This document shows positions 1 through 6,371 of a stretch of DNA of 26,970 nucleotides, piece by piece. The position numbers and the translations under genes are program-made. Positions within the stretch are counted from its first letter, which is position 1. Every line of letters starts with the position of its first letter. This stretch comes from Clostridia bacterium (lineage in GTDB: Bacteria > Bacillota > Clostridia > TANB77 > UBA1234): NCBI GenBank assembly GCA_017521465.1, contig JAFXCN010000016.1, positions 1-26,970 of the forward strand. The letters run 5' to 3'. Below the pieces are notes generated by a model. That model was not told the origin of the DNA and made no database searches. It saw only the letters and a program-made list of their open reading frames with translations.

Positions 1-1671
1 AAAAACATAACCTGGTCTTCTAGCAAACCAACAATTGCTAGCGTTGATCAAAACGGTACAGTAACAGCTTTAAAAACTGGTACTACCACAATTACTGCAA
101 AATCTAACAACAACAAAACTGCAAGTTGCACCATTACAGTTTCTGCAGCAGTAATAGATGTTACAGGTGTTTCTCTTAATTTTACTTCCCTAAATTTAGT
201 TGCAGGCAATACCAAAACGTTATCAGCGACAATTACTCCATCTACTGCAACAGATAAAACTATAACCTGGTCTTCTAGCAACACATCTGTAGCAACTGTT
301 AATAATAAAGGAAAACTAACAGCTATAAATTCTGGCAATGCAATAATAACCGCAACGACAAGTAATGGTATTACGGCAACTTGTAATGTTCAAGTTACTG
401 TAAATGTTTCTAAAATAACCATTCAACAAGATGATACTAGTGCCAAAATAGGTGATACCACGAGATTAGCCGTAACGGTAACTCCTGATAATGCAACTGA
501 TAAAACTATTACATGGAGTTCTAGCGACGATTCTATAGTAAGTGTAAATAGTAACGGTGAAATTAATTGTCTAGCATTGGGTACTGCAGAAATTACCGCC
601 ACAAGTTCAAACAATAAACGCGACAAAATAACAATAAAAGTTATACCAGATGTAGATGTAATTGAATTAAAAAACAAGGCTCCTGTAAGATATGTTGCAG
701 ATGTGAAAATTATAGATCCTTTTTCTCCAGATGATGAGATCAGCGATACTAGAGATAACGGAGCTGCAGAAGAAGCCCTAGAACGTGGTTTTCAAGATTT
801 TGATATTGACTTCAATTCTAATAGAATTAGTTTTATTGTTCCAGTAAAAGCATTAATAGATCCAAGCAAGTATAATTCTACATGGGACGAAAAATTACTT
901 ACTTCAATGATTATAAGGACAAATGCTTCAAATGTTACAAGAAATGCTGAAATATCAACAAACAATTCTCAAGTAACTTTTGTGAAAATTTCTGGCCAAG
1001 GACAATTTATGTATAAAGAACCCGGAAAGCCATACTATTGGACTTCTACTGATGGTAGAATTTTAGTATCCGGAAAAATCTGGGGTGGAAACAATGACAG
1101 TATTTCTCGCGTAAATTTTGATCCAAATAGTTTTGGAGATAATCCTACTATATCTACGACTTATTCTTTTAACGAATCTGAAACTGATAGATTTACTGCT
1201 TGGTGTGCTTTTGACTGGGAAAACGACCTAATGGCTGTTATTGAAGTTGAACTAGGCGTTGGTAGAACAGTACATGTTTATAACGCAACTAAAGCAAAGA
1301 ACGGAACACTAGAAGAGCTTTATACTTTTAGTATTCCAGCAAAAACATCATCTATGCCATCTACTTCTACGCAAGGTCATGCACTATATGGCGGATACTT
1401 ATACAGATATAGAGGTAATTATGCTGATGGAATTTGGATAGAAATTTTTGATATGTTTGGAAACAATGTTGAAACTCGAAGATTTAATCCAGGATATAAA
1501 GTAAGAAGACAAGAGGCTCAAGGAATAAAAATATATGATGGAAAAATATATATTGGTGTTATTTATAGACCTCAAGTAACGATGACAGAAAATGACGACG
1601 GAAGTTTTTCTAAAACTGGTGATATGAAATATATTAGCAATGCGATATTTACATTAGAAGAAAGAGATTAA
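1..1671 (+). CDS. Cell-surface protein, 5' end outside window: three Big_2 (bacterial Ig-like group 2) repeats followed by a ~340-aa C-terminal domain of unknown function
   Basis: Frame 1 is open from base 1 with no stop and runs into the listed 577..1671 ORF, so Met-577 is internal. Hand translation of 1-660 gives three ~85-aa repeats of the form TL.ATITP..ATDKTITWSSSN.SVATVN..G.LTA...G.A.ITAT...G..A.C.V.V, which is the Big_2 pattern. Stop TAA at 1669-1671. Confidence 0.85.
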   Translation, partial: KNITWSSSKPTIASVDQNGTVTALKTGTTTITAKSNNNKTASCTITVSAAVIDVTGVSLNFTSLNLVAGNTKTLSATITPSTATDKTITWSSSNTSVATVNNKGKLTAINSGNAIITATTSNGITATCNVQVTVNVSKITIQQDDTSAKIGDTTRLAVTVTPDNATDKTITWSSSDDSIVSVNSNGEINCLALGTAEITATSSNNKRDKITIKVIPDVDVIELKNKAPVRYVADVKIIDPFSPDDEISDTRDNGAAEEALERGFQDFDIDFNSNRISFIVPVKALIDPSKYNSTWDEKLLTSMIIRTNASNVTRNAEISTNNSQVTFVKISGQGQFMYKEPGKPYYWTSTDGRILVSGKIWGGNNDSISRVNFDPNSFGDNPTISTTYSFNESETDRFTAWCAFDWENDLMAVIEVELGVGRTVHVYNATKAKNGTLEELYTFSIPAKTSSMPSTSTQGHALYGGYLYRYRGNYADGIWIEIFDMFGNNVETRRFNPGYKVRRQEAQGIKIYDGKIYIGVIYRPQVTMTENDDGSFSKTGDMKYISNAIFTLEERD

Positions 1672-1672
1672 G

Positions 1673-1752
1673 AATGGTGAATAGTGAATAACGAATAGTA
1701 CAAAATGTGCTCGTATCTACACATTTTGAAATACCATCCACTATTCACTATT
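1673..1752. repeat. Imperfect ~80-nt inverted repeat (long hairpin) built from TAGTGAA / TTCACTA words
   Basis: Left arm is aatggtgaatagtgaata...caaaatgtg. Right arm is cacatttt...ccactattcactatt. Both stem ends pair well, with an internal loop between them. The same word recurs at about 1808-1840, 1885-1915, 4636-4650, 4755-4790 and 4833-4860. Confidence 0.7.
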
Positions 1753-1760
1753 AATACGCA

Positions 1761-1787
1761 CACAAAAATGTTCAATATATATTGAAC
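1761..1787 (-). terminator. Rho-independent terminator downstream of tRNA-Gln(CUG) and its structured trailer
   Basis: Perfect palindrome gttcaatatatattgaac (1770-1787). On the minus strand it is followed by ATTTTTGTG. Confidence 0.7.
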
Positions 1788-1803
1788 GCAAATTATTAAA
1801 TAT

Positions 1804-1931
1804 AATTAATAGTGAAAAATGAAGAGTGAATAGTGAAAAGTACAGACTTGCTTTTAAGTTTCTACCCTTAAATTAGTAAGATACTCTTCACTATTCACTA
1901 TTAGCTCTTCACTCTTGCGAAGCAAGTCTGG
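1804..1931. repeat. Copy A of a ~130-bp structured repeat abutting the 3' end of a tRNA-Gln gene
   Basis: Hand alignment with 4751-4879 gives about 10 substitutions in ~130 positions and no indels. It contains a long inverted repeat (gagtgaatagtgaaaagta / tactcttcactattcac). There is a local hairpin, cttgcttttaag...cttaaattagtaag. The segment cagacttgct (about 1853-1862) is also complementary to agcaagtctg (1921-1930), which touches the tRNA CCA end. Confidence 0.8.
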
Positions 1932-2004
1932 CTCGGGCGGTAGGATTCGAACCCACGTACTGTCAGAGTCAGAGTCTGATGCCTTACCGCTTGGCGACGC
2001 CCGA
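1929..2004 (-). tRNA. tRNA-Gln (anticodon CUG), CCA encoded
   Basis: Minus-strand read: TCGGGCG TC GCCAAGCGGTAAGGC A TCAGA CTCTGAC TCTGA ... GTGGG TTCGAAT CCTAC CGCCCGA G CCA. The 7-bp acceptor stem is perfect, the anticodon loop CTCTGAC gives CTG, and the D arm (AGCCAAGCGGTAAGGC) is Gln-like. Confidence 0.9.
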
Positions 2005-2027
2005 ATATATTTAACCATTTTAAAATA

Positions 2028-2063
2028 GCATAAAAATAACTAGGTGTCAAATGCCACCTAGTT
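2028..2063 (-). terminator. Rho-independent terminator after the glycosyltransferase gene (bidirectional shape)
   Basis: Stem aactaggtg (2038-2046) pairs with cacctagtt (2055-2063). T-runs flank it on both strands: ATTTTTA on the minus strand and ATTTTTT on the plus strand. Confidence 0.75.
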
Positions 2064-2068
2064 ATTTT

Positions 2069-3292
2069 TTAATTCATTTCTTTTATATCTACAGATCTTA
2101 CATGTGATATTTGTTTCCATTCTATGTTTGTATTAAATATTGCTAATATATTTATAAAGAACCAAGATATTAAAAATACTGGATACATAATAATTCCTTT
2201 AAATAATCTTTTTACGCCTTTTCTTTCGATTACAACAACAGCTAGTGCTTGAAGAATTGCTAACACAATACCAAAAATTATTCTTGCTGCATATCCCAAA
2301 ATATTCATTGGTAAGAAAATAAATTTTACAAGACTAACTGCAAATAATAGTAATGATATCCAAAGAATTGGCATTCCTAATAAGTAAATTATTGCATCTA
2401 TTGTACTTGCATTAAAATTCTTCGCCGATAACAGTTTAGGCATACAACATTTTAAACATTGTACGTGCCCAACTGACCAACGCATTCTTTGTCTCCAAGA
2501 TTGTTCAAATCCTAGAGGCTGTTCATCATAAACAATTGCATCTTTTGCCCAACCAATTGTATATCCTGCTGCAATTGAATTAATGGAAAACTCTATATCT
2601 TCTGTTAATGTTTTTGTGTGCCATCCTTTATTTTCTTTTATAATTGACATTGCTACCATAAACCCTGTTCCATTTATAAGTGGTGATAATCCAATTTTAT
2701 ATCTTGTATAATGATAAAATCTATTCATCATCCAGTAAAAAATAGCATAGTTTCCTGTAACCCATGTATCTTCTGCATTTTTTATATCTCTATAGCCTTG
2801 AACAATTTTTTCTCCAATACAAAGTTTCTCATTCATTTTTGAATAAAAATTTTTAGAAACTATATTATCTGCATCAAATACGCAAAATGCATCATATTCA
2901 TCCGGCTTGTTGGTTAAGATATAATCAAAAAACCATTCTAAAGCATAACCTTTACTTTTTTTAGTTTCAGAGTACCTTTCAAGAACAATCGCTCCAGCAT
3001 CTTTTGCTACTTTTGCTGTATTATCTGTGCAATTGTCGGCTATGACATATATATCTAATAATTCTTCTGGATAGTCTTGATTCTTTAAACTTTCTATTAA
3101 ATTGCTTATAACATTTTCTTCATTTCTAGCAGAAATTACAGCCATAAACTTATGTTTTTTATCAATAACTTTTTCTTTTTTAGGTTCTTTTGATAATGTA
3201 AAAAATATAATTACCACTTGATAAATACAGAAGAATGTTGTTATAAAAAATATTATTTGTTCAATATTTAATAATACTTCCATTATTTTCAT
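2069..3292 (-). CDS. Membrane-embedded processive family-2 glycosyltransferase (beta-glycan / poly-GlcNAc / cellulose-synthase-like)
   Basis: GT2 motifs are in the expected order: VISARNEE, IADNCTDNT, FDADN, LTEDIEFS (TED) and QRMRW (QxxRW). There is an N-terminal transmembrane (TM) segment and a C-terminal TM bundle. I prefer the in-frame ATG at 3292 (AAAGGA 8 nt upstream) to the ORF-track start at 3370. Confidence 0.9.
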   Translation of the reverse strand: MKIMEVLLNIEQIIFFITTFFCIYQVVIIFFTLSKEPKKEKVIDKKHKFMAVISARNEENVISNLIESLKNQDYPEELLDIYVIADNCTDNTAKVAKDAGAIVLERYSETKKSKGYALEWFFDYILTNKPDEYDAFCVFDADNIVSKNFYSKMNEKLCIGEKIVQGYRDIKNAEDTWVTGNYAIFYWMMNRFYHYTRYKIGLSPLINGTGFMVAMSIIKENKGWHTKTLTEDIEFSINSIAAGYTIGWAKDAIVYDEQPLGFEQSWRQRMRWSVGHVQCLKCCMPKLLSAKNFNASTIDAIIYLLGMPILWISLLLFAVSLVKFIFLPMNILGYAARIIFGIVLAILQALAVVVIERKGVKRLFKGIIMYPVFLISWFFINILAIFNTNIEWKQISHVRSVDIKEMN

Positions 3293-3397
3293 ATAAATTT
3301 TCCTTTTTACCTTATTTTGCCTTTTTATCCGGCGATTAATAATTATACCATTTTTGCACCTAAAAATCAATACATGTAATATAAATATGTAAACTAT

Positions 3398-3877
3398 TTA
3401 TATTACGCCTTTAATCATACCCTCTCCACTTCCCAAATTTCCATCTAGCATTTCATTTACGACATACTCTTTAAGTAATATTGGTAACTCTTTTGTTCTA
3501 AAACAATCTATAAAATATGTTCCTAGCGCATCCTCTATTTTTTCACTTTCCGGCGTTGCAACAAGATACATTACTTTCTCAGAAAGCGATTTTATTCCAC
3601 ACTTAACAATTGTATCCATTATATATTTAACATCTTCATGTTGAACATCTTGTTCTATTTTCTGATCAAACCATGTATTGTCTATTTTTTCGTTCGAAGA
3701 AGCACAATACCATAACTCGTCATACCATTCAGTAACCATACATAGATTTTTTTTGCCTACTTTTATGTTTATAACACAACCTTTTTCATCTAAATTGAAC
3801 CAAATTGGCAGTGTCTTTCCAAATATTTCTTGAATGTTTTGTACCAACGACATAACTTCTTCTTTTCTTTCTTCCAC
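3398..3877 (-). CDS. Hypothetical cytoplasmic protein (159 aa), upstream of and probably co-transcribed with the GT2 gene
   Basis: Long ORF with a GTG start preceded by GGAAGGTGAG 6 nt upstream. It lies 105 bp from the GT2 start on the same strand. I recognise no motif. Confidence 0.75.
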   Translation of the reverse strand: MEERKEEVMSLVQNIQEIFGKTLPIWFNLDEKGCVINIKVGKKNLCMVTEWYDELWYCASSNEKIDNTWFDQKIEQDVQHEDVKYIMDTIVKCGIKSLSEKVMYLVATPESEKIEDALGTYFIDCFRTKELPILLKEYVVNEMLDGNLGSGEGMIKGVI

Positions 3878-4040
3878 AATTGCTCACCTTCCTACTCATA
3901 ACCTAACACTTTTATTATAAGTCTTTTTAATAGTTTTTGTATAGTATTATTTTAATTTTATCAAATAAATACCACCATATCTGATTTAACGTAGCTTATG
4001 CTTGATCACCGTTATAATTACTTATGCTTATTTATAATAA

Positions 4041-4073
4041 AAATGTCAATCAGAAATCTACTCATTGACATTT
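4041..4073 (-). terminator. Hairpin (possible terminator) directly after the 4079..4303 minus-strand ORF
   Basis: aaatgtcaat (4041-4050) pairs with attgacattt (4064-4073) across a 13-nt loop. The flanks are A/T-rich and the T-run is weak. Confidence 0.4.
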
Positions 4074-4323
4074 TGGCTTTAGTCTTCTTTTACAATATTT
4101 TCTTCTATATTTTCAATATTTTCTTCGAGTATATTATAATAATTAATTTGTTTCAAGCTCGTTAGTTCTGTCCAAAAGATTTGAGTAATTGACTTTCTAG
4201 CAAATATATGGTATATTATGTTAGCTAACAGTTGTTTATTATAACTATTCATAATTAAGAATAACTTTAAATACTTTAGTTTTTTGTTAGTTCTATATAG
4301 CAAACAGCGAAAGGAGAACTCAT

Positions 4324-4587
4324 ATGCAAAAAAACAACCGGGCTGAAACTTGGAGGCTTGTCATTTCTCTTATTGCAACAGTAGTAATGCTTGCAACAGT
4401 TGTTTTGCAAATTACTATTAACAATCATTTGATACATATTATTGGTTGTGCCGTAATTGTTTTGTTGCTGATTCCTCTGCTTATTCTAGATAAAAAGTGT
4501 AGTACTGACAATTTTATCACTCATCTAATTTGGCTTGTTTTGTGGGTTGTCAATCTTGGAATAAATTGTATTTATTTTATTCGATAA
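4324..4587 (+). CDS. Small integral membrane protein (87 aa, about 3 TM)
   Basis: ATG preceded by AAAGGAG. Three hydrophobic stretches. A clean terminator follows at 4595-4632. Confidence 0.8.
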   Translation: MQKNNRAETWRLVISLIATVVMLATVVLQITINNHLIHIIGCAVIVLLLIPLLILDKKCSTDNFITHLIWLVLWVVNLGINCIYFIR

Positions 4588-4594
4588 TAATACT

Positions 4595-4632
4595 ACCGCC
4601 AATGAGTAAACACTCATTGGCGGTTTTGTTGT
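4595..4632 (+). terminator. Rho-independent terminator
   Basis: 13-bp stem accgccaatgagt / actcattggcggt with a 4-nt loop, followed by TTTGTTGTT. Confidence 0.85.
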
Positions 4633-4750
4633 TAATAATAGTGAAAAATGAAAAGCGAAGAGAATAAAGAAAAAAGAATAGAGAATAAAGAATAATACAA
4701 AAGCGGCACTTAATGCACAACATCTTTTATTTATTATCTTAAACATTCTC

Positions 4751-4879
4751 AAATTAATAGTGAAAAGTTAAAAGTGAATAGTTAAAAGTACAGACTTGCT
4801 TTTAAATTTCTACCCTTAAATTAGCAAGTTACTCTTCACTATTCACTCTTATCTCTTCGCTCTTGCGAAGCAAGTCTGG
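4751..4879. repeat. Copy B of the ~130-bp tRNA-Gln-associated structured repeat
   Basis: See copy A (1804-1931). It ends in the same ...cttgcgaagcaagtctgg junction, but here it is joined to a degenerate tRNA-Gln 3' end. Confidence 0.8.
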
Positions 4880-4998
4880 CTGGGCTGGGAGGATTAGATC
4901 CGCCTCGTAACGCAACAGTCCACTGGACTGTTGCTTGTTCGTTAATCTTCGCCTCTGGCTCGCTTAACTCACACTCGTTTTCGAATCCTCCCATCCCA
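4877..4998 (-). pseudogene. tRNA-Gln-derived element: a degenerate 3' end plus an inverted 3'-end fragment, closing a ~120-nt stem-loop
   Basis: 4877-4904 (tggctgggctgggaggattagatccgcc) differs at only 3-4 positions from the 3' end of the intact tRNA-Gln(UUG) (5044-5071). 4979-4998 (tttcgaatcctcccatccca) is the same motif inverted. The two arms give a ~14-bp closing stem. Internal hairpins are gcaacagtcc-act-ggactgttgc and gttaa...ttaac. No cloverleaf or anticodon loop can be drawn. Confidence 0.6.
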
Positions 4999-5000
4999 TG

Positions 5001-5036
5001 CGAAAACAAAAATCCCACATCTTACGATGTGAGATT
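5001..5036 (-). terminator. Rho-independent terminator of the tRNA-His/tRNA-Gln operon
   Basis: 11-bp stem aatcccacatc / gatgtgagatt with loop ttac. On the minus strand it is followed by TTTGTTTTCG. The single non-Watson-Crick position is G:U on the minus strand and A:C on the plus strand, which supports minus-strand function. Confidence 0.8.
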
Positions 5037-5043
5037 TCCGTTT

Positions 5044-5119
5044 TGGCTGGGCTGGGAGGATTCGAACCGCCGAGATGCCAGAGTCAAAGTCTGGTGCCTT
5101 ACCACTTGGCTACAGCCCA
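5044..5119 (-). tRNA. tRNA-Gln (anticodon UUG), CCA encoded
   Basis: Minus-strand read: TGGGCTG TA GCCAAGTGGTAAGGC A CCAGA CTTTGAC TCTGG ... GGCGG TTCGAAT CCTCC CAGCCCA G CCA. The acceptor stem is perfect. The T stem has one C:U mismatch. Confidence 0.9.
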
Positions 5120-5132
5120 ATATTTAATTTAG

Positions 5133-5210
5133 TGGGGTGAAAGATGGGACTCGAACCCACGACCTCCAGGGCCACAACCTGGCGCTCTAACCAACTGAGC
5201 TACATCCACC
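5133..5210 (-). tRNA. tRNA-His (anticodon GUG) with encoded G-1 and CCA
   Basis: Minus-strand read: G GTGGATG TA GCTCAGTTGGTTAGAGC G CCAGG TTGTGGC CCTGG AGGTC GTGGG TTCGAGT CCCAT CTTTCAC C CCA. The extra 5' G opposite C73 is the His hallmark. The acceptor stem has one U:U mismatch and one G:U pair. Confidence 0.85.
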
Positions 5211-5231
5211 ATCTTTTCAAATGCACAATTG

Positions 5232-5260
5232 ATTTTACAACATTTTTTCGCATTTGTCAA
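5232..5260 (-). promoter_or_regulatory. Sigma-A type promoter of the tRNA-His/Gln operon
   Basis: Minus strand reads TTGACA - 17 nt - TAAAAT, about 20 nt upstream of the tRNA-His 5' end. Confidence 0.75.
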
Positions 5261-5325
5261 TTATTAATCACTATTTTTACTGTGTTATTTTTATTATCCT
5301 TTATTTTCCTTTTTTTGCACAAAAT

Positions 5326-5356
5326 AACACCTGGACAAGATTCTCATCCAGGTGTT
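5326..5356 (-). terminator. Terminator hairpin after the 291-aa gene
   Basis: 10-bp stem aacacctgga / tccaggtgtt with an 11-nt loop. The minus strand then reads ATTTTGTGC. The plus-strand side has GTTTTTT. Confidence 0.65.
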
Positions 5357-5361
5357 GTTTT

Positions 5362-6237
5362 TTATGAAAAGAAACAGCTTGTTTCTTCGTTTACTTTTAT
5401 CCAACGCGTTTCATTACTCCAGTCTGTAGGATCATTATACCATGGATTTGGATCAAAAACATATATAATGCCGTTAACACTTTTTATATCTCCCGCAACA
5501 GACGCTGAGCTCGGAGTTGTAATTCCCTTATCTAAATTTATTTTTATTGCTTGTTTATTTGTAATAATACTTCCACGATTATTGTTATGTACGTAGCCAT
5601 TTTCTCTTACAATATAATATTCCCCATTGTACCCTATAACATCGCCTCTAACAATATTTAGCCCCTTATATTCATTAAGATTAGTTGGATTTTTTTCAAA
5701 TTCCATGGTAGCAATGTCGCCTATCAAAAAATAATTTGTACCACTTATTGTGATATAATTATTAACTCCACCTCCACTTGGAGTTTCTGGTTCATCAGGT
5801 TCAGCCGGTTCATCAGGGTTGCTTGGCGTACTTGGAGAAGATGGAGTATCTCCTTCTGCATATATTCTATCTAAAACAGTTATTGCTCCATATTTATCAA
5901 TTATATAAGAATTTCCTGTTTTATTAAATACTATCTTATATTCTCCTTTATCTGGATTTTCAGACACATAGCTTTCATCTATAATGGCGCTATGATCTTC
6001 TAGGCCTAATGCTAATTCTTCTTTTTCCACTTCACCTGTGAATATGTTTTCAGCATCTTTTAAAGCAATTTTTAATATTTGGGTTTCTTGAGCAATCTCC
6101 GCTTCTTTTTTTGCTTCTGCCGATTTGTTTATTGCATCCTCATTACCAATTAACGAAATAGCAGCCAGTATAATAACAACAATTATTGTAATTATTACTG
6201 TAATCATCGATACACCTTTATTGTTATTTATTTTCAT
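5362..6237 (-). CDS. Membrane-anchored protein with a type IV pilin-like N-terminus, a Pro-rich linker and an unknown C-terminal domain
   Basis: The N-terminus is [29 protein letters not shown]. That is a short basic leader, a Gly, then a ~22-residue hydrophobic helix, as in prepilin class III signals, but with Thr in place of the canonical Glu5. The linker is [22 protein letters not shown]. Confidence 0.8.
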   Translation of the reverse strand: MKINNNKGVSMITVIITIIVVIILAAISLIGNEDAINKSAEAKKEAEIAQETQILKIALKDAENIFTGEVEKEELALGLEDHSAIIDESYVSENPDKGEYKIVFNKTGNSYIIDKYGAITVLDRIYAEGDTPSSPSTPSNPDEPAEPDEPETPSGGGVNNYITISGTNYFLIGDIATMEFEKNPTNLNEYKGLNIVRGDVIGYNGEYYIVRENGYVHNNNRGSIITNKQAIKINLDKGITTPSSASVAGDIKSVNGIIYVFDPNPWYNDPTDWSNETRWIKVNEETSCFFS

Positions 6238-6327
6238 CTTTCTTCCCCTCCGTACATTTTATTAATATAATATTACCAATAAAGAAATATAAAATCAACA
6301 TTATATGTTCTCAAATTTATTTTTTAC

Positions 6328-6365
6328 TAAATAAAAAACAAGAGTTACTTAATTGTAACTCTTGT
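6328..6365 (-). terminator. Rho-independent terminator of the VanW-family gene
   Basis: 11-bp stem acaagagttac / gtaactcttgt. The minus strand is followed by TTTTTTATTT. Confidence 0.8.
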
Positions 6366-6371
6366 GTCTTT

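Noticed and set aside
48-677. ORFs 48..338 and 423..677 on the minus strand
   Set aside because: Both lie antisense inside the continuous Big_2 reading frame (1-1671, plus strand). They have no RBS, and their translations are low-complexity mirror images of the repeat region.
577-1671. Met-577 as the start of the first gene
   Set aside because: The same frame is open back to base 1 and encodes further Big_2 repeats. The gene therefore starts upstream of the window.
4079-4303. 74-aa minus-strand ORF between the 159-aa gene and the small membrane-protein gene
   Set aside because: It has a TTG start, and neither that start nor the internal Met has a recognisable RBS. It would occupy the whole promoter region of the divergent 4324 gene. 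The only support is the hairpin at 4041-4073. I keep it as a low-probability small gene or ncRNA, not a called CDS.
4525-4752. 75-aa minus-strand ORF
   Set aside because: It runs through a terminator hairpin and the TAGTGAA repeat region and overlaps the 3' end of the 4324 gene. The translation is low-complexity (F/L/I) and there is no RBS.
1673-4879. TAGTGAA-word repeats as a CRISPR array
   Set aside because: The words form inverted repeats (hairpin arms) of variable spacing. They are not regularly spaced direct repeats with unique spacers, and no cas genes are present.
4877-4998. tmRNA, an intron-containing tRNA or tRNA-Sec
   Set aside because: The 5' GGGATGGGAGGATTCGAA and the 3' ...CCCAGCCA superficially resemble a tRNA-like domain. 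However, the element is only ~120 nt. It has no tag reading frame or pseudoknots, no 7-nt anticodon loop with U33, and a non-canonical T loop (TCTAA).
5144-5596. 150-aa plus-strand ORF
   Set aside because: It starts inside tRNA-His on the opposite strand. It then crosses the tRNA promoter, a terminator and the 3' end of the 291-aa gene. It is an artefact.
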